Shown here: positions 30,215-39,994 of the stretch, piece after piece | Layout of the letters: the number at the start of each line of letters is the position of its first letter | How positions within the stretch are numbered: position 1 is the first letter of the stretch | Source: an uncultured Flavobacteriaceae bacterium | GTDB taxonomy: Bacteria; Bacteroidota; Bacteroidia; Flavobacteriales; Flavobacteriaceae | Length of the DNA: 64,000 nucleotides | Assembly: GCA_964433845.1 (NCBI GenBank) | Contig: CAYSTA010000003.1 | Span: forward strand, 600-64,599 | Direction of reading: 5' to 3' | Position numbers and translations under genes: made by a program | The notes under the pieces: generated by a model | Databases searched by the model: none | What the model was told of the DNA's origin: nothing | The model's input: the letters and a program-made list of their open reading frames with translations, nothing else

Positions 30215-31489
30215 ATGTATCTAGATAATAAAATTTTTCAACTTATTAAGGAGGAAGAGAATAGACAGCTAAATGGCATTGAGCTAATTGCTTCTGAAAA
30301 TTTTACTAGCCCTGATGTAATGAAAGCAACTGGTTCTGTTCTTACAAATAAATATGCTGAAGGATACCCTGGAAAAAGATATTATGGAGGATGTGAAGTT
30401 GTTGATGAAATAGAAGATATTGCAATTAATCGTGCTAAAGAGTTATTTGGAGCATCATTTGCTAATGTTCAACCTCATTCAGGTTCACAGGCAAATTCTG
30501 CAGTTTATCATGCTTTTTTGAAACCAGGAGATAAAATCTTGGGATTTGATTTATCTCATGGAGGTCATTTAACTCATGGATCTTCAGTTAATTTTAGTGG
30601 GAGACTGTATAATCCTGTTTTTTATGGAGTTGAAAGAAAATCTGGGTTGCTTAATTATGATAACATAATGAAGATAGCAAAAAAAGAAAAACCTAAATTA
30701 ATTATTGCAGGAGCTTCAGCTTATTCTAGAGACATTGATTTTAAGAAATTTAGAGAAATAGCTGATAGTATTGATGCTTTCCTAATGGCAGATATAGCTC
30801 ATCCTGCAGGACTTATTGCAAAAGGAATCCTTAATGACCCTATTCCTTATTGTCATGTTGTTACAACTACGACTCACAAAACTCTTAGAGGTCCAAGAGG
30901 AGGTATGATACTAATGGGTGAGGACTTTGAAAATCCATTTGGTTTAAAATTAAAGAATGGATCATTAAAAAAAATGTCTTCATTAATAAATCTTGCTGTT
31001 TTTCCAGGAAATCAAGGCGGTCCTCTTGAACATGTTATTGCTGGTAAGGCAATTGCTTTTGGAGAAGCTTTAACAGACGATTTTATGAATTATATGGTTC
31101 AGGTTAGACAAAATGCTAAATCAATGGCTAAAGAATTTGTTAAAAGAGATTATAATATCATTTCAGGTGGAACAGATAATCATATGATGTTAATAGATCT
31201 AAGAAATAAGAACATTTCTGGAAAAGATGCTGAAAAAGCTCTTGTTAAAGCAGATATAACAGCAAATAAGAATATGGTGCCATTTGATGACAAATCTCCA
31301 TTTATCACATCCGGAATTCGTTTTGGAACACCTGCGATTACTACTAGAGGACTAAAAGAAAATGATATGACCTTAATAGTCAATTTTATAGATAGGGTAA
31401 TAGAAAATCATAATGATGACAATGAAATAATGAAGGTTAAAAGAGATGTAAATAAGTTAATGAAAGGGAGGGCGCTTTTTAATTATTGA
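30215..31489 (+). CDS. glyA: serine hydroxymethyltransferase
   Basis: 424 aa. PLP-lysine motif [14 protein letters not shown] and collinear SHMT sequence. Confidence 0.97.
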   Translation: MYLDNKIFQLIKEEENRQLNGIELIASENFTSPDVMKATGSVLTNKYAEGYPGKRYYGGCEVVDEIEDIAINRAKELFGASFANVQPHSGSQANSAVYHAFLKPGDKILGFDLSHGGHLTHGSSVNFSGRLYNPVFYGVERKSGLLNYDNIMKIAKKEKPKLIIAGASAYSRDIDFKKFREIADSIDAFLMADIAHPAGLIAKGILNDPIPYCHVVTTTTHKTLRGPRGGMILMGEDFENPFGLKLKNGSLKKMSSLINLAVFPGNQGGPLEHVIAGKAIAFGEALTDDFMNYMVQVRQNAKSMAKEFVKRDYNIISGGTDNHMMLIDLRNKNISGKDAEKALVKADITANKNMVPFDDKSPFITSGIRFGTPAITTRGLKENDMTLIVNFIDRVIENHNDDNEIMKVKRDVNKLMKGRALFNY

Positions 31490-32517
31490 TTTTCAAATAT
31501 TTTAATTTCAAATAATTTATTCCAATTTTTACCAGTTACAAAAAAGGTTTTTCTTTTATTATGAAAAGCAATTCCGTTTTGAACATCTAATTTATTATGT
31601 TGTTTTACTCTTTCTTTTAGACCTTTAAAATCTATAACACCATCAACACTGCCACTTATTGGATCTATTATTATGCCCACTTCTTTATTAAACTGATATG
31701 TATTTGCATATATTTTGCCATCATGCCATTCTAATTCATTAATGTTTTTAATTATTTTATTATTGGTAACAACACTAAAACTGGAAAGTTCCTCAAGAGA
31801 GTCTGGATCTAGAATCCATATTTTTTCAGTTCCATCAGATTTATATAAAACTTTTCCATCATTACAGAGTCCCCAACCTTCAACACTCTTATTATAGTTA
31901 AATGATTTTATTAACTCAAAATTACTTTTATCATAGACGAATCCTATTTTTTCTTTCCAAGTTAGTTGAAATAAATTGTCATTTAAAATGGTTATTCCTT
32001 CACCAAAAAATGATTTGTCAAGAAATAATTTATTTAAAACTTTTCCACTTTTAAAATCAATTTTTTTTAATGATGAATAACCATATTGACCTGTACTTTC
32101 ATATAAAAAATATTCATCATCAAATTCTAATCCTTGTGTATATGAAGCTATATCATGTTTAAATTCATTAATTATTTTATATGTATATAGTTTTGGTGGA
32201 TTATTAGAAAAAATAGTTAAATCCTTACTTAAATTAATCATCTTTCCATTGATTGTAAATGATGCTTGAATAGTGTTAACTCCAAGATTATTGTTTAATA
32301 CATGTTCATTTTTAATAGAAAGATTATTTATTTTAAATTCAAGATTTTCAATCTTTTTATTTGAAGGGTTTTTAATTTTAAGGGATATTTTATCTCCATT
32401 TTTTGAAAACTGTGATTTTTTAGAAATAATTATTGAATAATCAGAATTAACATTTGTTCCACAGGAATAGATAAATAAAAATATAATTAGAATAAAAGAT
32501 CTTATTATTGTCATCAT
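31483..32517 (-). CDS. glutaminyl-peptide cyclotransferase (bacterial/plant beta-propeller type) with an N-terminal ~100-aa extra domain
   Basis: 344 aa with a lipoprotein-like signal (LFIYSCG). The C-terminal ~240 aa resemble glutamine cyclotransferase (YTQGLEF..., GEGIT, WGLC.DG). Confidence 0.78.
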   Translation of the reverse strand: MMTIIRSFILIIFLFIYSCGTNVNSDYSIIISKKSQFSKNGDKISLKIKNPSNKKIENLEFKINNLSIKNEHVLNNNLGVNTIQASFTINGKMINLSKDLTIFSNNPPKLYTYKIINEFKHDIASYTQGLEFDDEYFLYESTGQYGYSSLKKIDFKSGKVLNKLFLDKSFFGEGITILNDNLFQLTWKEKIGFVYDKSNFELIKSFNYNKSVEGWGLCNDGKVLYKSDGTEKIWILDPDSLEELSSFSVVTNNKIIKNINELEWHDGKIYANTYQFNKEVGIIIDPISGSVDGVIDFKGLKERVKQHNKLDVQNGIAFHNKRKTFFVTGKNWNKLFEIKIFENQ

Positions 32518-32531
32518 TTTTTTTTACATAT

Positions 32532-32539
32532 CAAATTTA
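32532..32539 (-). promoter_or_regulatory. candidate -7 box (TAAATTTG) for the glutaminyl cyclase gene
   Basis: The plus strand reads CAAATTTA, reverse complement TAAATTTG. It lies 15 nt upstream of the ATG at 32517. Confidence 0.45.
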
Positions 32540-32582
32540 AATATTAATAATTAAGACTACACATAAATTATAAAAACATATT

Positions 32583-32590
32583 TATATTTG
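32583..32590 (+). promoter_or_regulatory. candidate -7 box (TATATTTG) for the SRP RNA gene
   Basis: Matches TAnnTTTG and ends 4-5 nt before the GGGCAAG that forms the 5' half of the SRP RNA terminal stem. Confidence 0.55.
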
Positions 32591-32594
32591 TGAT

Positions 32595-32693
32595 GGGCAA
32601 GTCTTATACAACCAGCTCCTATTTAATCCCCCAGGGTGGGAACGCAGCAAGGGTCGATGGTCGTAGCGGTGTGATATAAATAGCTTGCCCTTT
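32595..32693 (+). ncRNA. ffs: signal recognition particle RNA, small bacterial (4.5S) type
   Basis: This is the only GC-rich island in a 187-nt gap with no ORF. It contains the helix-8 core CCAGGGUG-GGAA-CGCAGCAAGG (compare E. coli CCAGGUCAGGUCCGGAAGGAAGCAGCCAAGG), with a GGAA tetraloop and AGCA symmetric-loop residues. The 5' GGGCAAG pairs with the 3' CTTGCCC, followed by a T7 tract. Total length is about 100 nt. Confidence 0.82.
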
Positions 32694-32704
32694 TTTTATT
32701 ATTT

Positions 32705-33508
32705 ATGTGTAAAACCATTTTAGTTACTGGTGCATCCTCCGGAATTGGAAGGTCTATTTCTCTTTATTTGACCTCAAAAGGTTTTAAAGTATATGGCACC
32801 TGTAGAAACCCAAAAAAATACAATTTTTCAGAATATGAGTTGTTAAAATGTGATATAAATTCCTCACAAGAAATTGAAGATACAGTTAATTATATTGTTG
32901 ATAAAGAAAAGAACGTTGATGTGCTAATAAATAATGCAGGTATTGGTATCACTGGTCCCCTAGAAGAAACATCAAATAATGATATTAAATCGGCTTTTGA
33001 AACTAATTTATACGGACCTATCAATATGATAAAAAAATGTATTCCAACAATGAGAAACAACAATAAAGGATTGATTATTAATATTACTTCAGTTTTAGGA
33101 TATTTTGGAATACCATACAGAGGAGTATATTGTGCAACAAAGAGTTCAATGGAAATCATTGGTGAAGTTTTTAGTATGGAACTTAAAAAATTTAATATCA
33201 ATGTAGTCAATGTAGCACCAGGTGATTTTAAAACAGATATTGTTTCAAGAAGAATAAATTCAAAACCTAATAATTTTTCTTATTACAATGAAGAATATTC
33301 TAAATCATTGAAATCTGCTAATAAAAATGTTGAGAATGCTTGGTCTCCCGAAATAATCTCCAAGTTGATTTATAATATAATAAATTCAAAAAATCCAAAA
33401 ATTCATTATAAAGTTGGAAAATTTATTCAAAAATTTTCAATAGTTTTAAAAAACATTTTGCCTGATAGACTATTTGAAAAAATATTATTGTATTATAGTA
33501 AAAATTAA
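32705..33508 (+). CDS. SDR-family short-chain oxidoreductase
   Basis: 267 aa. Cofactor motif TGASSGIG, NNAG, and the catalytic YCATK (YxxxK). Confidence 0.87.
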   Translation: MCKTILVTGASSGIGRSISLYLTSKGFKVYGTCRNPKKYNFSEYELLKCDINSSQEIEDTVNYIVDKEKNVDVLINNAGIGITGPLEETSNNDIKSAFETNLYGPINMIKKCIPTMRNNNKGLIINITSVLGYFGIPYRGVYCATKSSMEIIGEVFSMELKKFNINVVNVAPGDFKTDIVSRRINSKPNNFSYYNEEYSKSLKSANKNVENAWSPEIISKLIYNIINSKNPKIHYKVGKFIQKFSIVLKNILPDRLFEKILLYYSKN

Positions 33509-33517
33509 GTCATAATT

Positions 33518-34171
33518 ATGAAATTTTTTATAGACACAGCTAACCTTGATCAAATCAAAGAAGCCCAAGACTTAGGTGTTTTAGATGGAGTTACTACAAA
33601 CCCATCTTTAATGGCTAAAGAAGGAATTACAGGTCATCAAAACATTCTAGATCATTATGTTAAAATTTGTGATATTGTTGATGGTGATGTTTCAGCAGAG
33701 GTAATATCTACTGATTTTAAAGGAATGATTAAAGAAGGTGAAGCTTTATCAAATCTTCATCCTCAAATTGTAGTAAAAATCCCTATGATATTAGATGGGG
33801 TGAAAGCAATTAAACATTTTTCTAATAAATCTATTAAAACTAATTGTACCTTAGTTTTTTCTGTAGGTCAAGCTTTAATAGCTGCTAAGGCAGGTGCTAC
33901 ATATGTTTCTCCTTTTATTGGGAGATTAGATGATGTTTCAAATGATGGTTTAAATTTAATTTCAGAAATTGTTACAGTGTATGATAATTATGCTTTTAAC
34001 ACACAAATTCTTGCAGCTTCTATAAGACATACAATGCATATCATTGATTGTGCTAAAATTGGTGCAGATGTTATGACAGGACCATTATCTTCAATTAAAG
34101 GTTTATTAAAACATCCATTAACTGATATAGGGCTTGAAAAATTTTTAGCTGATTTTAAAAAAGGTAATTAA
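33518..34171 (+). CDS. fsa: fructose-6-phosphate aldolase / short transaldolase (TalC/Fsa type)
   Basis: 217 aa. [17 protein letters not shown], and the Schiff-base lysine context VVKIP. Confidence 0.9.
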   Translation: MKFFIDTANLDQIKEAQDLGVLDGVTTNPSLMAKEGITGHQNILDHYVKICDIVDGDVSAEVISTDFKGMIKEGEALSNLHPQIVVKIPMILDGVKAIKHFSNKSIKTNCTLVFSVGQALIAAKAGATYVSPFIGRLDDVSNDGLNLISEIVTVYDNYAFNTQILAASIRHTMHIIDCAKIGADVMTGPLSSIKGLLKHPLTDIGLEKFLADFKKGN

Positions 34172-35559
34172 TCTAAGAGTATTGATTTTTCTAATTTTAT
34201 AATATTAGAAACCGAAATAATTTTTCCCGCTTTATCAGTCAAAATAACTTTATTTAGATTATTTAATATCATTTTTTTACTCATTGATGTAAAATCACTT
34301 GCCATAAAATGTTGAATATTACTACTTTTTCTAATCTGTTTTAATGACTCAATCCACTTTGATTTATCAGAATTGATGTTTATGCATAAAAAATTATATT
34401 TTTTACTTTGATCAAGTATTTTAAAAATTCTATTAAATAAACTTAGTCGATGAGAATTCTGTTCATATGACCAAAAAACATATACAATTGGCTTATCAGA
34501 ATAAAAATCTCCATTAGAAATAGTTTTGTAATTATTGTTTATTATATCAATATCAGGGATAGTATTTCCAACCTGAAGAGCAGTAATATTAAAATAAAGT
34601 TGCTCAATTTCTTCATTTATGTTATTATCTCCTGAAATTTCTAAAAAAACATTTAAAAATGTATCAATATCAATTAAAATATTTTCTTTTAATAGATATT
34701 CAAAAGCTATATATCTCAATATTTTCGATTTTACAATTGGATTTGAAATAGTTAAATCAACAAATTTGATTCTATCTAAATTAAATTGAAGGTCCAAATT
34801 TGAATATGAATTATAATCTATTCCGGACTCATTAATTGTTCTTAAAATTATATAATCTAAATAAGGTTTAAAATTGGATAATTCTTTAATATTTAAATCA
34901 ATTTCATCTCTATACTCATAAAATGTATTGTTAATCTCATTTAAGAGATTTGTCTGTTTGTAAATAGATAAAAATGTTTCAATTTTAGAATATAGTGGAA
35001 GCTTAATAGCATATTCTAAAATTAACTCAGTAACAGAATTTAATTTGTTTGTTTTCTGAAAAGAATTAAATCTATTAATCTTAAAAGTTAACAGAGAATC
35101 AATTATGTTTCTAAATATTAAAGGGTTTTTATTAAGATTTGAATTAAGAAAACTTTCTTCTTTTTCATGATTTAAAAAAATATCAATTAGATAATTATTT
35201 TTTGACGCACCAATTCCATTAAATACTAATGATTCATCAAAATCTAATGCATTTAATCTTAATACTAAACTATCTCCTTCTTCTAATATTATATATTGAA
35301 ATTCTGGTAGATGTCTAAAGTAATATAAGCCATTATTAATACTATCTAATTCTAAAAAAAAATTTCCATCTTCAGAGATTGATGTTTCATTTATAATTTT
35401 TTCATCTTTTAAAAGAGAGATTTTGTCATTTGTACTTTTAATTATTTTACCAACTAAAAAGGTATTTTTTTTATAATTAAATAGGTGACAAGAAATGAAT
35501 AATAAAAATGATATAAAAGTTATAATTATTTTAAAAAGACTAATATTAAAGTATTTCAT
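34168..35559 (-). CDS. lipoprotein with a C-terminal thioredoxin-like (TlpA/AhpC-TSA-like) fold lacking the CXXC motif; function unknown
   Basis: 463 aa with a lipobox (LLFISC). The C-terminal segment [15 protein letters not shown] aligns to the canonical K.vvl.FWASWCxPC but has no Cys. Confidence 0.5.
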   Translation of the reverse strand: MKYFNISLFKIIITFISFLLFISCHLFNYKKNTFLVGKIIKSTNDKISLLKDEKIINETSISEDGNFFLELDSINNGLYYFRHLPEFQYIILEEGDSLVLRLNALDFDESLVFNGIGASKNNYLIDIFLNHEKEESFLNSNLNKNPLIFRNIIDSLLTFKINRFNSFQKTNKLNSVTELILEYAIKLPLYSKIETFLSIYKQTNLLNEINNTFYEYRDEIDLNIKELSNFKPYLDYIILRTINESGIDYNSYSNLDLQFNLDRIKFVDLTISNPIVKSKILRYIAFEYLLKENILIDIDTFLNVFLEISGDNNINEEIEQLYFNITALQVGNTIPDIDIINNNYKTISNGDFYSDKPIVYVFWSYEQNSHRLSLFNRIFKILDQSKKYNFLCININSDKSKWIESLKQIRKSSNIQHFMASDFTSMSKKMILNNLNKVILTDKAGKIISVSNIIKLEKSILLD

Positions 35560-35611
35560 AGCTTCAATTAATTTAAAGATAAAATTAGAATAATCATAAA
35601 TTTGATTTTAT

Positions 35612-35619
35612 TAAATTTG
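35612..35619 (+). promoter_or_regulatory. candidate -7 box (TAAATTTG) for the ABC-F gene; a second copy lies at 35597-35604
   Basis: Two TAAATTTG matches sit 15 nt apart. The downstream one ends 21 nt before the ATG at 35641. Confidence 0.45.
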
Positions 35620-35640
35620 CCACCTTATAATATTTTTAAA

Positions 35641-37263
35641 ATGTTAAATGTTTCTAATCTTTCTGTCCAATTTGGAAAAAGAATTTTATTTGATAATGTA
35701 AATACATCTTTTGTTAAAGGGAATTGCTATGGAGTTATTGGAGCTAATGGCTCAGGAAAATCTACTTTTCTAAAAATCTTATCCAATACATTAGAACCTA
35801 ATTCTGGGACTGTTAATCTTGAACAAGGTAAAAGAATGTCCGTTTTAGAACAAGATCATTTTGCTTTTGATGACAAACAGGTATTAGAAACTGTAATAAT
35901 GGGTAATAAAGTATTATTCAATATTAAAAAGGAAATGGATGAAATTTATTCAAAATCTGATTTTTCAGATAAAGATAGTGATAGAGTAGGGGTTCTTCAA
36001 CTAGAATATGAAGAAATGGATGGCTGGAATGCAGAAAGTGATGCCGCCGCACTTTTATCCAATTTAGAGATTAAAGAGGAGCTGCATTATAAATTAATGA
36101 ATGAATTAGATGGAATCCAGAAGGTAAAAGTGTTGTTAGCGCAAGCTTTATTTGGGAATCCTGACGTATTAATAATGGATGAACCTACAAATGATCTAGA
36201 TTTTGAAACTATCAAGTGGTTAGAAGCTTTTATTGCAAATTATGACAATACTGTTATTGTAGTTTCTCACGATAGACATTTTTTAGATTCAGTATGTACG
36301 CATATTTCTGATATAGATTTTGGAAAAATAAATCATTTTTCTGGAAATTATACTTTTTGGCATGAATCCAGTCAATTAGCTCTTAGACAAAAAACTCAAC
36401 AAAACAAAAAAGCCGAAGAGAAGAAAAAAGAATTGGAGGATTTTATTGCTAGGTTTAGTGCAAATGCTTCAAAATCTAAACAAGCAACATCTAGAAAAAA
36501 GATGCTAGATAATTTAAATATAGAAGACATTAAACCGTCATCTAGAAGATATCCAGCTATTATTTTTGATTCTGAAAGAGAGGCAGGAGATCAAATTTTA
36601 AGTGTAGAAAATTTATCGTTTTCTGATTCTTCTAGTGTTTTATTTGATAATATTAGTTTTAACCTTAATAAAGGTGAAAAGGTTATATTGTATTCTAAAG
36701 ATACCAGGGCAACAACAGCTTTTTATCAAATTATTAATAATGAAATTAAAGCTGATTCTGGGGAATTCAATTGGGGAATAACTACATCACAATCATATTT
36801 GCCACTAGATAACAGTTCTTTCTTTAATAATAAATTATCTTTAGTTGATTGGTTAAGACAATGGTCCAAAACTGATGAAGAAAGAGAAGAAGTATATATT
36901 AGAGGTTTTTTGGGTAAAATGATTTTTAGTGGAGAAGAGGCTTTAAAAACTGCTGATGTACTTTCTGGAGGTGAAAAGGTAAGATGTATGTTGTCTAGAA
37001 TGATGATGCTAAGATCTAATGTTATAATGTTTGATGAACCTACAAGTCATTTGGATTTAGAATCTATAACTGCTTTAAATAATTCTATCAAAAAATTTAA
37101 AGGAAACGTTATTTTAAGTACTCATGATTTTGAATTTGCAAAATCAGTTGGAAATAGAGTTATAGAATTAACTCCTAAAGGTGTAATAGATAGATTGAAT
37201 GCATTTGATGACTATATAGCAGACAATAAGATTAAAGATTTGAGAAAGAAGTTATACGCTTAG
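35641..37263 (+). CDS. ABC-F family ATPase (YbiT-like translation factor-type ABC protein)
   Basis: About 540 aa from the ATG at 35641 (MLNVSNLSVQFG), collinear with E. coli YbiT. NBD1 has Walker A GANGSGKST and Walker B IMDEPTNDLD. NBD2 has signature LSGGEK and Walker B IMFDEPTSHLD, but its Walker A is degenerate (see findings). The TTG at 35602 given in the ORF track is probably not the start. Confidence 0.88.
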   Translation: MLNVSNLSVQFGKRILFDNVNTSFVKGNCYGVIGANGSGKSTFLKILSNTLEPNSGTVNLEQGKRMSVLEQDHFAFDDKQVLETVIMGNKVLFNIKKEMDEIYSKSDFSDKDSDRVGVLQLEYEEMDGWNAESDAAALLSNLEIKEELHYKLMNELDGIQKVKVLLAQALFGNPDVLIMDEPTNDLDFETIKWLEAFIANYDNTVIVVSHDRHFLDSVCTHISDIDFGKINHFSGNYTFWHESSQLALRQKTQQNKKAEEKKKELEDFIARFSANASKSKQATSRKKMLDNLNIEDIKPSSRRYPAIIFDSEREAGDQILSVENLSFSDSSSVLFDNISFNLNKGEKVILYSKDTRATTAFYQIINNEIKADSGEFNWGITTSQSYLPLDNSSFFNNKLSLVDWLRQWSKTDEEREEVYIRGFLGKMIFSGEEALKTADVLSGGEKVRCMLSRMMMLRSNVIMFDEPTSHLDLESITALNNSIKKFKGNVILSTHDFEFAKSVGNRVIELTPKGVIDRLNAFDDYIADNKIKDLRKKLYA

Positions 37264-37476
37264 GTTTTTTATTACTTGCATTGAATTATCGATCTCATCT
37301 TTATGAACATAAATAGAAGTATGATTTTCTATAATATTTCCAAAACCGGCAAGTCGTGCAGACTCTGATTGATTTTTAACTATTGGATTAATATTAGATT
37401 TTTTTAATTCATGAATGATTCTAATTGATTTAACCAAAGATCCTTCAAATATTAATATAAAATCATCTCTTTTCAC
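37252..37476 (-). CDS. small DUF2007-like protein (putative signal-transducing protein fold)
   Basis: 74 aa. Size and pattern (hydrophobic strand, helix, NI.P.VKNQ.., G....IYV..DE...) resemble Bacteroidetes DUF2007 proteins. The similarity was judged by eye only. Confidence 0.45.
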   Translation of the reverse strand: MKRDDFILIFEGSLVKSIRIIHELKKSNINPIVKNQSESARLAGFGNIIENHTSIYVHKDEIDNSMQVIKNLSV

Positions 37477-37516
37477 TTGGTATTAATAATTTTAATTATC
37501 AATTAAAGATTATATA

Positions 37517-39931
37517 CTATTTATCCCTAAGAATGGCATTAAATTTATTTTCAATTTTTTTTTGAATTTTATTCATTATTTGATTAATATCCTTATCATT
37601 CAAAGTTTTTTCATTGTTTGAAATAGAAAAATTCATAGCATAAGATTTTTTTCCCTTAGGAATTTTTTCTCCTTCATAAACATCAAATAACTTCATATCA
37701 ATTAAATCTTTTATTCCACTTTTAAAAACTAATTCTTTAATATCTGAATAAGTTACATCATTATCAAATATAAATGCAAGGTCTCTATAAACTATTGGAA
37801 ACTTGGAAAGCGGCTTATATTTCTTGAATTCAGTTGATAATAACTCAAGCAAATTGTCTATATCAATAGAAGCATAATAAACTTCTTGATCTATATCAAA
37901 TTTTGATTTTATTTCATAAGAAATATCACCAATGACTGCTAATCTAATCTTATGATAAAATAATCCTAATGCAGAATTAAATCCATCATGATTTATAATC
38001 ATTTCTTTAGTTGAAATAGATAGTTTTAAAAGTATATTAATCACAATATTTTTTAAAGAATAAAAATCAGCTTTTAATGTATCTTGGTTCCAAGATTTAG
38101 AAACGACATCACCAGTATAAATAATAGCTAATCTTCTCTTTTCTGAATTAGAATCACCAATGTTTTCATAGATTTTTCCAAATTCAAAAAATTTTGTGTT
38201 TTTGTTATTTCTATTAATATTATATTTTAAAGTCTTAAGAGAAGACTCTAGTAGAGTAGTTCTAAGTTTAGAAATGTCGGAACTAATAGAATTAATAATT
38301 TCAACACTTTTTCTTTTAAATAAGTTTAAATTATTATTAGTTAAAGAATTATTCATTATTTCATTAAAACCTAATGAATTTAAGTATCTGGAAATAGATT
38401 CTTCTGTCTTATAATAAAGGTTTTTGTCATCAGAATTTATTGAAATAGATAATTTATTAGAAAGATTAATTTCATTAAATCCATAGATCCTTAAAATTTC
38501 TTCGACTACGTCACATTCTCTTGTAACATCATGTCTATATGAAGGAACAGTTATTCCCACACCTGTTTCAGTAATATTATTTATTTTAAAATCAAGTGAA
38601 GTTAAAATGGATTTTATTTCTTCACTAGGTATAGTTTGTCCAATAAGATTATTTGTTTTTTCGTAATTGAGTAATATTGATTTAAGTTCTGGTTTTTTTG
38701 GAAATTCATCAATAACATCACTACATATTGTTCCTCCACATATTTCACAAATCAAAATTGCAGCTCTTTTAAGCGCATAATCGACCATTTCTATATCAAT
38801 TCCTCTTTCAAATCTAAAAGAAGCATCACTATTAATTGAATGAGATTTAGCTGTTTTTCTGACTGAAATAGGATTAAAAAAAGCACTTTCTAAAAAAATA
38901 GAATGAGTTTTGTCAGTTATTCCATGATTTTCACCTCCAAAAACACCTGCAATACACATTGGAATGTTTTTATCACATATCATTAGGTCTGTTGCATTTA
39001 ATTTTCTTTCCACACCATCAAGTGTTGTGAAAAGTGTGTTCTTTTTCAAAGTTTTAACTTCTATTGAATTGGATTTAATTTTCTTTAGATCATATGCATG
39101 TAAAGGTTGACCTATTTCATGAAGTATGTAATTTGTTATATCAACAACATTATTAATAGGTGAATGTCCAATTGATTTAAGCTTGTTTTGTAACCAGTTA
39201 GGAGATTTATCAATATTGATATTTTCTATACATATTCCAGAAAATCTAGGAGATAAATCGGTATTATTTACAATAACATTAATTCTTTTCTTTCTAGAAT
39301 TAACATGAAATGATGAAATAGAAGGAGTAATTAACTCTGTTTTATAGCCTTTATGCATTAAAGCAGCTCTTAAATCTCGAGCAACACCATAATGACTCAT
39401 TGCATCTGATCGATTTGGTGTTAAAGCTAAATCAAAAATAGTATCTTCATAACAATCATAAATATTAGAAATTTTTTTTCCTGCTTTATGTTTATCATCT
39501 AGGACTATTATCCCCTCATGAGAATCACCAATTCCAATTTCATCTTCAGCACAGATCATTCCCTGACTTAATTCACCTCTTATTTTGCTTTTATTAATTT
39601 TAAATTCATCTCCATTTTTAGTATATAAAATTGTACCAACAGTCGCAACTACTACAGTTTGGTTAACATCAACATTAGGTGCTCCACAAACAATTTGAAG
39701 AGGATTTTCACTTCCAATATCGACGGTAGTTAGCTTTAGTCTATCAGCATTAGGATGTTTTATACATGTTAAAACTTTACCTACTATTAAACCCTCTAAA
39801 CCACCTTTAAATTCTTGATATTTATGAATATTTTCTACTTCCAAACCAATATCAGTTAAAATTTCTGACAATTCATCAACTTTAAGGTCAAAATCCAGAA
39901 ATTCTTTTAGCCAATTGTATGATATATTCAT
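37517..39931 (-). CDS. pheT: phenylalanine--tRNA ligase beta subunit
   Basis: 804 aa. N-terminal MNISYNWLKEF, a tRNA-binding domain (GKVL.C.KHPNADRL), the B3/4 and B5 domains, and a C-terminal FDX-ACB domain. Confidence 0.94.
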   Translation of the reverse strand: MNISYNWLKEFLDFDLKVDELSEILTDIGLEVENIHKYQEFKGGLEGLIVGKVLTCIKHPNADRLKLTTVDIGSENPLQIVCGAPNVDVNQTVVVATVGTILYTKNGDEFKINKSKIRGELSQGMICAEDEIGIGDSHEGIIVLDDKHKAGKKISNIYDCYEDTIFDLALTPNRSDAMSHYGVARDLRAALMHKGYKTELITPSISSFHVNSRKKRINVIVNNTDLSPRFSGICIENINIDKSPNWLQNKLKSIGHSPINNVVDITNYILHEIGQPLHAYDLKKIKSNSIEVKTLKKNTLFTTLDGVERKLNATDLMICDKNIPMCIAGVFGGENHGITDKTHSIFLESAFFNPISVRKTAKSHSINSDASFRFERGIDIEMVDYALKRAAILICEICGGTICSDVIDEFPKKPELKSILLNYEKTNNLIGQTIPSEEIKSILTSLDFKINNITETGVGITVPSYRHDVTRECDVVEEILRIYGFNEINLSNKLSISINSDDKNLYYKTEESISRYLNSLGFNEIMNNSLTNNNLNLFKRKSVEIINSISSDISKLRTTLLESSLKTLKYNINRNNKNTKFFEFGKIYENIGDSNSEKRRLAIIYTGDVVSKSWNQDTLKADFYSLKNIVINILLKLSISTKEMIINHDGFNSALGLFYHKIRLAVIGDISYEIKSKFDIDQEVYYASIDIDNLLELLSTEFKKYKPLSKFPIVYRDLAFIFDNDVTYSDIKELVFKSGIKDLIDMKLFDVYEGEKIPKGKKSYAMNFSISNNEKTLNDKDINQIMNKIQKKIENKFNAILRDK

Positions 39932-39994
39932 TCTTTGAAGATTAATTGTAAAGATACAATTATGAAAATTTAATTTTCAATATTTTTTAAATAA

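Noticed and set aside
32595-32693. I considered whether this structured GC-rich element is a riboswitch or leader for the downstream SDR gene rather than an independent RNA.
   Set aside because: The sequence matches the SRP helix-8 consensus closely. It has its own -7 box and ends in its own stem plus T-tract, which fits an autonomous SRP RNA better than a cis-regulatory leader.
35602-35640. The TTG at 35602 would add 13 residues (MILLNLPPYNIFK) to the ABC-F protein.
   Set aside because: The extension contains both candidate TAAATTTG -7 boxes. ABC-F/YbiT homologues begin at the equivalent of MLNVSNL, so ATG 35641 is the better start.
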